This document shows, one piece after another, positions 16,469 through 23,147 of a stretch of DNA of 24,000 nucleotides. This DNA is from Culicoidibacterales bacterium (GTDB taxonomy: Bacteria; Bacillota_I; Bacilli_A; Culicoidibacterales; Culicoidibacteraceae): contig JBOFTV010000088.1 of the NCBI GenBank assembly GCA_051652245.1, forward strand, positions 15,969-39,968. The letters run 5' to 3'. Numbering within the stretch: the first letter of the stretch is position 1; the number at the start of each line of letters is the position of its first letter. The translations under genes and the position numbers were made by a program. A model generated the notes under the pieces. It saw only the letters and a program-made list of their open reading frames with translations. It was not told where the DNA came from and did not search any database.

Positions 16469-17968
16469 TTACGCTTTATTAAAAATTGCTGTATATTTAT
16501 TAATTAAATATTCCGTATAATATTTACTATTAAACGCTTCTCCCGTTGTATCTCGTATTAATTCCTTCGGTGTCTTCGCTTTTCCATACTGATGAATATT
16601 TTCCGCCAAAAATGCTGTAATTGGTGTCAAATCGCCCTCTAGCAAACAAAAATCAACATCTACGGATTTTAGCATTGTTTGATAAAACTGTGCACTATAT
16701 GCCGAACCGAGCGCATATGTTGGGAAATAGCCGAACAAACCTTGTGACCAGTGGATATCTTGTAACATGCCTTCTCCCAGTGTTTGTGGCGTAATTCCTA
16801 AATATTCCACCATCTTCTGATTCCACGCTTCGGGTAATTGCTCCACCGTAATTTCATCATTGAAAATCATCTTCTCCAAATCATAACGCACCATAATATG
16901 TAATGGATACGTCAACTCATCAGCCTCAACGCGAATAAAAGATGGTGAGACTGCGTTAATATGCAAAATAAAATCATCCAAACTAACCAGCCCATACTCA
17001 TTTGGAAAAAAAGCTTGTAGCACTGGATAAATTGGCTTCCAAAAACTCTTTGTCCGTCCAATAATATTTTCATAAAAACGGGATTGCGACTCGTGAATGC
17101 CCATGGAAACGCCCGTACCTAAAGGCGTTTGTGTCAGTTCTTCGGCTATATTCAATTCATAGACAGCATGTCCAAATTCATGGAGGACACTAAAAATACT
17201 TGAACAAATATCCGTTAAATCGTACCTTGTTGTAATCCTAGCATCATCGTTACTAAAAGACATACTAAATGGATGTGCACTTTCATCAAGTTTTCCCCGT
17301 TGAAAATCATAGCCCGCATAACTTGCTAAAAATCTCATAAATTCCATCTGCTTCTCTTTCGGAAAATATCCCGCTCCAATTTTAGCATCTTTAATTGCCT
17401 GCATTTCCTCATTTTTCAATAGTATCTGTAAAAAAGGAACAAGCTTTTCTTTGACATCAGCAAAGAAACCATCTAATTCGCTCACCGTTAAATTTGGTTC
17501 ATAATCATCTAATAGTGCATTGTATTTATTGCCCTCATAACCTTGATAATTGATGTATTTCTTTTGAAAATTGATTACTTCTTGTAGTGTTGGTGCAAAA
17601 ATGCTAAAATCATTTGCATTTCTTGCTTCAATCCATTTGCCATGGCTTACTATTAGTAATTGATTATAGCTTGCGTATTCAGCTACAGGGATTTTGGTCA
17701 GCTTTTTAACATCTCGTAGCAGTACTTCCACCATCTTTTGCTGATTACTTGTTAGCTCTGTGCCTTGTGCTTCCACAAGCATCTCTTCTAAGCCACTTTG
17801 TGTCATTTCCTCGTGATAAATGCGTGCCAATGTTTCTAGTGTATTACCAATTTTAGCTAGCGATTTTGATGGTGCACCTGTTTCCATATCGTAAGCAATT
17901 ATATTTTCAGCATGCTTGAGCGCATTTAGTCTATCCATTTTCTGTTTTAAATTGTTCCAGTCAATCAT
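16469..17968 (-). CDS. M32-family zinc carboxypeptidase (thermostable carboxypeptidase Taq-like)
   Basis: 499-aa ORF with the family M32 signatures: DESAHPF, the HEXXH zinc site HEFGHAVYE, GIHESQSRFYEN, IRVEADELTYPLHI and DIHWSQGLFGYFPTY. Confidence 0.88.
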   Translation of the reverse strand: MIDWNNLKQKMDRLNALKHAENIIAYDMETGAPSKSLAKIGNTLETLARIYHEEMTQSGLEEMLVEAQGTELTSNQQKMVEVLLRDVKKLTKIPVAEYASYNQLLIVSHGKWIEARNANDFSIFAPTLQEVINFQKKYINYQGYEGNKYNALLDDYEPNLTVSELDGFFADVKEKLVPFLQILLKNEEMQAIKDAKIGAGYFPKEKQMEFMRFLASYAGYDFQRGKLDESAHPFSMSFSNDDARITTRYDLTDICSSIFSVLHEFGHAVYELNIAEELTQTPLGTGVSMGIHESQSRFYENIIGRTKSFWKPIYPVLQAFFPNEYGLVSLDDFILHINAVSPSFIRVEADELTYPLHIMVRYDLEKMIFNDEITVEQLPEAWNQKMVEYLGITPQTLGEGMLQDIHWSQGLFGYFPTYALGSAYSAQFYQTMLKSVDVDFCLLEGDLTPITAFLAENIHQYGKAKTPKELIRDTTGEAFNSKYYTEYLINKYTAIFNKA

Positions 17969-18056
17969 TTCGATCAGCCCTTTCTTCTTTAATGTCTGCC
18001 CTTATTATACCCGATTTTAGCTTAAAAAAAAAGGGGGCCACCCATTTCTTCACATG

Positions 18057-18908
18057 TTAATCATACTTGAATTTCGGCAATAATCTGAGGAGTAAAACCA
18101 CTAGAAAAGTGACTCCCAACAGCATTGCGACCACACCGCTTGCCGGTAGAACTAGATAATATGATGCAATAAAGCCAATAAACATTGTTAGCTCACTAAT
18201 AATAATTGACCAAACAATCGTTTGCTTAAAACTATTAGTAAAGGGCATTACAATCATAACCGGTAAATTCATTAATGCGGACACAAGTAGAACGCCGACA
18301 AATTTTGTTGAACTGGCGATAATTAATGCCAGCATAATAAAGAAAAATGTATTGATATAGCCTTCTTTGACCCCCTTTGTTTTAGCAAAAACTGAATCAA
18401 AAGTTGTCATTAACAGAATTCGATAAAATTTCACCATGAACAATACGGAGGCAACAACAATACCCACAATTAAAAGCACATCGACTGTTGTTAAGGTCAC
18501 GATATTACCAAATAAATAATCGGATAAATCCGTTTTAATTTTTGAGAGCTCATACATCACGATTGCTGACCCGAGGCTGAAAGTCATAACAAATGAGAGC
18601 GCTATTTCTTTTGAACTACTAAATTTGCTATTGATGTAACTGATCATTAATGCTGTTGCTACAGCAAATAGCATTACCGTGTAGACGGGCGAAAATCCAA
18701 CGGGCAAAATTCCAAGTCCAATTAATAGGACCGTAAAGGTACTCGCTGAAAATGACACATGACCTATTGTATCAGGGATTAGACTTGCCCTTTTAGCCAC
18801 AACAAAGACACCAAAAAGTGGACTAATAAAAGCAATTAGCAAGCCAGCAATATAGGCATTCTGCATAAAACTATACCTGAAAATGGCTTCAATTAAACTT
18901 AATTTCAT
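18057..18908 (-). CDS. znuB: Zinc/metal ABC transporter permease (ZnuB/AdcB, ABC-3 family)
   Basis: Polytopic membrane protein starting MKLSLIEAIFRYSFMQNAYIAGLL, typical of ABC-3 permeases. ATG 18908 overlaps the znuC TGA in an ATGA junction, which indicates translational coupling. The ORF-track start at 18935 lies inside znuC. Confidence 0.85.
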   Translation of the reverse strand: MKLSLIEAIFRYSFMQNAYIAGLLIAFISPLFGVFVVAKRASLIPDTIGHVSFSASTFTVLLIGLGILPVGFSPVYTVMLFAVATALMISYINSKFSSSKEIALSFVMTFSLGSAIVMYELSKIKTDLSDYLFGNIVTLTTVDVLLIVGIVVASVLFMVKFYRILLMTTFDSVFAKTKGVKEGYINTFFFIMLALIIASSTKFVGVLLVSALMNLPVMIVMPFTNSFKQTIVWSIIISELTMFIGFIASYYLVLPASGVVAMLLGVTFLVVLLLRLLPKFKYD

Positions 18909-19606
18909 ACTATTTCCGCCCCTTCCGGTTCGCAAAATAGGCAGTGATTATTATGCCAGTGGCGATATTCTGTTTGATTGCCATCAAAGGCAATCCCATG
19001 ACTTAGCTCGATAACACGCGTTGCCTCTTTTGTTAGAAAATGAGTATCATGCGTTACCATGATAATTGTTTTTCCCATTTTGTGTAGTTTAGCAACGAGT
19101 TCATAGAAACTTTTACTCGCTGCCATATCTAAGCCAACCGTTGGTTCATCCAAAATAAGAACCTCCGGATCACTTAACAGGGCGCGAGCAATAAATACGC
19201 GCTGCTGCTGTCCACCTGATAGCTTAAGTACTGAGCGATGAGCAAATTCTGACATCCCTACAACCTCTAGACTATAATTAACCATCTCCGCTGTCACCTT
19301 AGTCTTCAGTCCCATTGAAACAACTTCACGCACACTTACGGGAATAGCAATATTAATATGTGAAGCGCGTTGGGCAACATAACCAATTTTCGACCATTGC
19401 GAAAATTGGTGAACGCCAATATCTTCAATTTTAATGCTCCCACTTAGTGGCTTAACCAAACCCAATAGGCATTTAATGAATGTTGATTTCCCTGATCCAT
19501 TTGGACCAAGCAATAAAATATATTCTCCCTTTTCTATCGTAACCGACATATTAGAAAAAATTTGCTGCGTTCCGTATCCAAATGTGACATCTTTAAACAC
19601 AAACAT
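18905..19606 (-). CDS. znuC: Zinc/metal ABC transporter ATP-binding protein (ZnuC/AdcC)
   Basis: Walker A GPNGSGKST, ABC signature LSGGQQQRVFIARAL, Walker B LILDEPTVGLD and H-loop VTHD are all present. The C-terminal tail is His/Cys-rich (YRHWHNNHCLFCEPEG). GAGGGG SD upstream. Confidence 0.88.
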   Translation of the reverse strand: MFVFKDVTFGYGTQQIFSNMSVTIEKGEYILLLGPNGSGKSTFIKCLLGLVKPLSGSIKIEDIGVHQFSQWSKIGYVAQRASHINIAIPVSVREVVSMGLKTKVTAEMVNYSLEVVGMSEFAHRSVLKLSGGQQQRVFIARALLSDPEVLILDEPTVGLDMAASKSFYELVAKLHKMGKTIIMVTHDTHFLTKEATRVIELSHGIAFDGNQTEYRHWHNNHCLFCEPEGAEIV

Positions 19607-19653
19607 TTTATCCCCTCAACTTTCTTTCCTTACTATTGTAAGTTCCTTTTCTA

Positions 19654-19682
19654 ATTATAGACTGTATTTGTCTATAAGTCAA
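19654..19682 (-). promoter_or_regulatory. Sigma-A type promoter of znuCB
   Basis: Minus strand reads TTGACT-17 nt-TATAAT. It lies about 45 nt upstream of the znuC ATG. Confidence 0.7.
19655..19677. promoter_or_regulatory. Perfect palindromic operator filling the znuCB promoter spacer
   Basis: TTATAGAC-N7-GTCTATAA is an 8-bp perfect inverted repeat. It spans the region from the -35 edge to inside the -10 hexamer. It does not match the Zur (TCGTAATnATTACGA) or AdcR (TTAACnnGTTAA) consensus. Confidence 0.55.
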
Positions 19683-19696
19683 AATAAAACTTGATT

Positions 19697-20398
19697 TTAG
19701 TCAACAATTTCTGATTCCTCAGCAATAATTCCGTCCTCTAGTTCAATGAAATCATCTTCAGCCTCCGATTCCCCTTTTTGCTTTGGTGCTTTTCTATTTT
19801 GCTTGTAAGCATTTGCTAAATCTAAAATTGCTGACCATGCTTCATTTTTTCCCCATGTATTTTCTGCTGATGTTGGTACTAATATTATTCCATCACCTGT
19901 GGTAATGCCTAGTGTCTGTTGGACAACTTTCATATGGGCGGGAAGCTTATTTTTTCCAACTTTATCGGCTTTTGTGCAAAGTACAATCATTGGAATTTCA
20001 TAGTAGCGCAGGAACTCAAACATCTGAATATCATCCTGCGTTGGTTTATGACGGACATCAATCAACAAACAAACGCCCGCACATTGTGACCGTTTTTCAA
20101 AATACATGCTAATCATTTTTGAAAAAGCATCTTTTTGCTTTTTGGGAACTTTTGCATAGCCGTAGCCAGGGACATCGACAAACATTAGTTGGTCATCTAA
20201 TTTATAGAAATTCAGTGTTTGTGTTTTACCTGGTCTTTGGGAAAAGTAGGCCAGCTTTTTACGGCCCACAAGCATATTAATTAATGACGATTTACCCACA
20301 TTTGAGCGACCAGAAAACACGATTTCAGGTAAATCAGAATGAGGAAATTGTTCCTCGTAGACTGCTGTTCTTAAATATTCGGCATTTTTAATTTTCAC
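19697..20398 (-). CDS. engB: Ribosome-biogenesis GTPase EngB/YsxC (YihA)
   Basis: G1 motif GRSNVGKSSLIN, G3 motif DVPGYG and G4 motif TKADK are present. I prefer the GTG start at 20398 (MKIKNAEYL..., AAAGGAAG SD 9 nt upstream). The TTG at 20425 in the ORF track lies inside the lon terminator. An acidic tail of about 35 aa is unusual for EngB. Confidence 0.85.
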   Translation of the reverse strand: MKIKNAEYLRTAVYEEQFPHSDLPEIVFSGRSNVGKSSLINMLVGRKKLAYFSQRPGKTQTLNFYKLDDQLMFVDVPGYGYAKVPKKQKDAFSKMISMYFEKRSQCAGVCLLIDVRHKPTQDDIQMFEFLRYYEIPMIVLCTKADKVGKNKLPAHMKVVQQTLGITTGDGIILVPTSAENTWGKNEAWSAILDLANAYKQNRKAPKQKGESEAEDDFIELEDGIIAEESEIVD

Positions 20399-20422
20399 TT
20401 TATTTAACTTCCTTTTTTTCGG

Positions 20423-20449
20423 CAAAAAATTGCTCCAGAAGGAGCAATT
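20423..20449 (-). terminator. Rho-independent terminator/attenuator after lon
   Basis: Minus-strand AATTGCTCC-TTCT-GGAGCAATT (9-bp perfect stem) is followed by TTTT. It starts about 11 nt after the lon stop. Confidence 0.65.
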
Positions 20450-20460
20450 AATTTACATTA

Positions 20461-22800
20461 TTATCTTTTTGGTAGTGGTGTATCGCTATTGTTAAATGCA
20501 ATTGGGAGAATATCAGCAAGTGTTTTTGCTGGTAAAATCGTCAATGATTCTTTGACTGTTTGTGGAATATCATCAATATCTTTGATATTTTCTGCGGGAA
20601 TAATAATTGTTTTGAGGCCAGAACGATGAGCGGCCATCGCTTTTTCCTTAAGTCCACCAATTGGTAAGACGTTTCCTCTTAATGTTATTTCTCCAGTCAT
20701 CCCAACCGTTCGTTCAACTTCTGTATTTGTTAAAACCGAAATAACTGCTGTTGCAATCGTAACACCTGCTGAGGGGCCATCTTTGGGTACGGCACCTTCT
20801 GGAAAGTGAATATGAATCGTATTTTTATCAAATAATGCCATATCTATTTTCAAGTTTTCGGCCTGTGATTTAACATAACTAATCGCAATCATTGCTGATT
20901 CTTTCATGACATCACCAAGTTTTCCCGTTAATACTAGATTCTCTTTTCCCGGATAAATACTTACCTCAACTGGTAACACATCGCCACCAAATGATGTATA
21001 GGCAAGCCCCGAAACAACGCCTACTTGATTTTCCTTGTCAATTGTTGTGTACCGATATTTAGGTTTTCCGAGGTACTCTTCTAATTGCTCTTCGGTTACA
21101 CGGAATGTTTGTGTCATATCATCACTAAATTTTGCAGCAACTTTTCGACAAATTTTAGCAATTTCTCTTTCTAGTCCACGAACACCCGCTTCACGCGCAT
21201 ACTTTTTAATCATTGTTTTAATAGTTTGCTCTTCTATAATTAAGTTCTCCGGTGTCAAACCTGATGCTAAAAACTGTTTAGGCATAAGATATTTAAGTGC
21301 GATTGCTAATTTTTCTTCTTCCGTATAACTCCCTAATTCGATCACTTCCATGCGATCATAGAGTGGCTCGGGAATACCTGAAAAATAGTTTGCCGTCATA
21401 ATAAATAAGACATTTGATAAATCAACTTCTTCTTCAATATAATGATCAGAAAAATGTGTGTTTTGCTCTGGATCAAGCACTTCTAATAATGCTGAGACGG
21501 GGTCGCCGCGGAAATCACTTGCCATTTTATCAATTTCATCTAAGAGGAAGACGGGATTCATCGTTTTTGCCTTCTTCAGTGACTGAATTATTTTCCCGGG
21601 CATTGCACCAATATAGGTTTTTCGATGACCACGAATTTCGGCTTCATCACGGACACCACCAAGAGCGATTTTAACATACTCGCGTCCCATTGAACGGGCA
21701 ACTGATTTTGCCAATGATGTTTTCCCAACTCCTGGAGGACCGACTAAGCAAATCATTGCACCCGTTGTTTTACCGGTTAACTTCTTCACGGCTAAAAACT
21801 CTAAAATTCTTTTCTTAACCTCATCTAGCCCATAATGATCTTCATTTAAAATAGCCTCTGCTGTTTTAATTGTGAAATCGTCAGCACTCATTTCTGACCA
21901 AGGAATTGCTAGCATCCAATCAATATAGTTGCGAATAACGCCACTTTCTGCTGATGCTGTTGGAACCATCTCAAAACGACCAAGCTCTTCAATTAATTTA
22001 TCCTTAATTGCATCAGGGGCCTTTAATTTCTCAACTTGGACACGTAAATCATCGGCATCTTTGTCTTTTGAATTTTTATCGCCTAATTCTTCACGAATAA
22101 CCCGAAGCTTTTCACGAAGGTAGTACTCCTTTTGCGTCGCATCAAATGACTCACGTACTTCTTTTTCGATTTTCTCTTCAATTTGAACAATTTCCACTTC
22201 TGTATGTAAATCTTTAATAATCATTAAGAGTCGTGAATTTGTTTCCAAGGCATTGAGATACTCTTGTTTTCGTTCAATACTAATTGGCATACTATTGGCA
22301 ATAACATCAGAAAAAGCGGCAGCTGTGTAACCATGAGATAGTGCATCCGCTAGGCGTGAAACCCCTTTACCATTTGACTTAATGTACTGTTCAACACTTT
22401 CAATCGCTGTTCTTAGCAGGGCATACTCTTCTTTTTCATCTCTGCTGCTCTCTTGCTGCTTTTCAATTTCGACCACATAGGCTGTATCCGTGGCTAACAC
22501 CTCATGCACCATCGCACGTGTTTGCACATCAAAAATCAAGCGATAGCTCCCTTTTTGCAGTGGTGTTGACACCTTAATGCGCGCAACCGCCCCCATTGGA
22601 TAAAGCTCATTGAGATCAGCTTCATCTTTTAATGGATCTTTTTGGCTAACAATATAAATGTACCCATCATACTCCTCCATTGCTAGCTGAATTGCGGCAA
22701 CAGATTTTTCTCTTCCAACATCAATTTTCAATTCATTATTTGGAAGAGGAATAAAACCACGTGTAACTATCATTGGCAATTTTTGCATATATTTTTCCAT
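20461..22800 (-). CDS. lon: ATP-dependent Lon protease (LonA type)
   Basis: N-terminal LON substrate-binding domain (LPMIVTRGFIPLPNNELKIDVGR). AAA+ Walker A GPPGVGKTS and Walker B FLLDEIDKM. The protease domain has the catalytic Ser in PKDGPSAG and Lys in GGLKEKAMAA. I prefer ATG 22800 (MEKYMQKLP...; GAGGGA SD 8 nt upstream) over the 22839 start. Confidence 0.95.
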   Translation of the reverse strand: MEKYMQKLPMIVTRGFIPLPNNELKIDVGREKSVAAIQLAMEEYDGYIYIVSQKDPLKDEADLNELYPMGAVARIKVSTPLQKGSYRLIFDVQTRAMVHEVLATDTAYVVEIEKQQESSRDEKEEYALLRTAIESVEQYIKSNGKGVSRLADALSHGYTAAAFSDVIANSMPISIERKQEYLNALETNSRLLMIIKDLHTEVEIVQIEEKIEKEVRESFDATQKEYYLREKLRVIREELGDKNSKDKDADDLRVQVEKLKAPDAIKDKLIEELGRFEMVPTASAESGVIRNYIDWMLAIPWSEMSADDFTIKTAEAILNEDHYGLDEVKKRILEFLAVKKLTGKTTGAMICLVGPPGVGKTSLAKSVARSMGREYVKIALGGVRDEAEIRGHRKTYIGAMPGKIIQSLKKAKTMNPVFLLDEIDKMASDFRGDPVSALLEVLDPEQNTHFSDHYIEEEVDLSNVLFIMTANYFSGIPEPLYDRMEVIELGSYTEEEKLAIALKYLMPKQFLASGLTPENLIIEEQTIKTMIKKYAREAGVRGLEREIAKICRKVAAKFSDDMTQTFRVTEEQLEEYLGKPKYRYTTIDKENQVGVVSGLAYTSFGGDVLPVEVSIYPGKENLVLTGKLGDVMKESAMIAISYVKSQAENLKIDMALFDKNTIHIHFPEGAVPKDGPSAGVTIATAVISVLTNTEVERTVGMTGEITLRGNVLPIGGLKEKAMAAHRSGLKTIIIPAENIKDIDDIPQTVKESLTILPAKTLADILPIAFNNSDTPLPKR

Positions 22801-22900
22801 GTTCATTTCCCTCATTCTCCGTAAAAGATGATTTACCATTTTCTTTTAATCTAAAAAAGGTGGCTACACTTTTATTCGTAATTTTTTTATTTATGTTACT

Positions 22901-22909
22901 ATTATAGCA
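22901..22909 (-). promoter_or_regulatory. Extended -10 promoter element upstream of lon
   Basis: Minus strand reads TGCTATAAT (TGnTATAAT). It lies about 100 nt upstream of the lon ATG. No good -35 hexamer is present. Confidence 0.5.
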
Positions 22910-22945
22910 CACTTTTTTGATTTGAGAGCAGGAACGCACTATTTT

Positions 22946-22972
22946 TTAGCACTTTGTCGTCGAGATTGCTAT
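22946..22972. promoter_or_regulatory. CIRCE-like inverted repeat (possible HrcA operator) upstream of lon
   Basis: TTAGCACTT-N9-GATTGCTAT is compared with the CIRCE consensus TTAGCACTC-N9-GAGTGCTAA. It matches 8/9 and 7/9 positions with the exact 9-nt spacer. It lies about 39 nt upstream of the TGCTATAAT box. Confidence 0.35.
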
Positions 22973-22983
22973 TTTAATCAGTT

Positions 22984-23085
22984 TTATTTTTTTTCTTTTT
23001 GTAATTCTTGTAAAAAGCCGGTGCTGATTACGACAATACCGCTGAAAATTAAAATCGTGACTCTGACTTTTCCCATACCTGTCAT
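22984..23085 (-). CDS. Hypothetical 33-aa single-pass hydrophobic peptide (MTGMGKVRVTILIFSGIVVISTGFLQELQKEKK)
   Basis: Found by hand; it is below the ORF-track cutoff. It starts 62 nt downstream of the deaminase-like gene stop on the same strand. It has one TM-like segment and a charged C-terminal tail. The SD is poor (GGTG about 13 nt upstream), so confidence is low. Confidence 0.2.
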   Translation of the reverse strand: MTGMGKVRVTILIFSGIVVISTGFLQELQKEKK

Positions 23086-23147
23086 TGGTGCAACTGCCCA
23101 CCAAAAAGAGGCGGAAAGTTTCAGGTTGAGCTGTATTTGCGTTCACT

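Noticed and set aside
18021-18056. GGGTGGCCCCC followed by T10 after znuB, considered as a terminator
   Set aside because: Only a 3-bp GGG/CCC stem with a 3-nt loop can form. The T-run alone is not evidence, so whether the M32 gene is co-transcribed with znuCB is left open.
18909-18935. N-terminal extension of ZnuB (MRTGRGGNS...) and similar long starts for rapZ (1756), tspO (9531), AKR (9587), engB (20425) and lon (22839)
   Set aside because: In each case a downstream start has a properly spaced SD and gives the family-typical N-terminus. The extensions overlap upstream genes or terminators.
842-22123. Numerous 60-106-aa ORFs antisense to or nested in large genes (e.g. 842..1027, 1566..1775, 1837..2157, 2290..2481, 3295..3522, 5463..5741, 7808..8035, 8107..8379, 9014..9277, 10824..11012, 11428..11658, 15452..15658, 19434..19694, 19912..20112, 21035..21328, 21414..21674, 21929..22123)
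   Set aside because: All lie inside confidently assigned genes on the opposite strand or in an alternate frame. All lack SD sequences and have Ser/Leu/Cys/Phe-rich shadow-ORF composition.
22736-22939. 67-aa minus-strand ORF overlapping the lon start and 5' UTR
   Set aside because: It is out of frame with lon, has no SD and has AT-driven Lys/Asn-rich composition. It is an artefact of the long leader.
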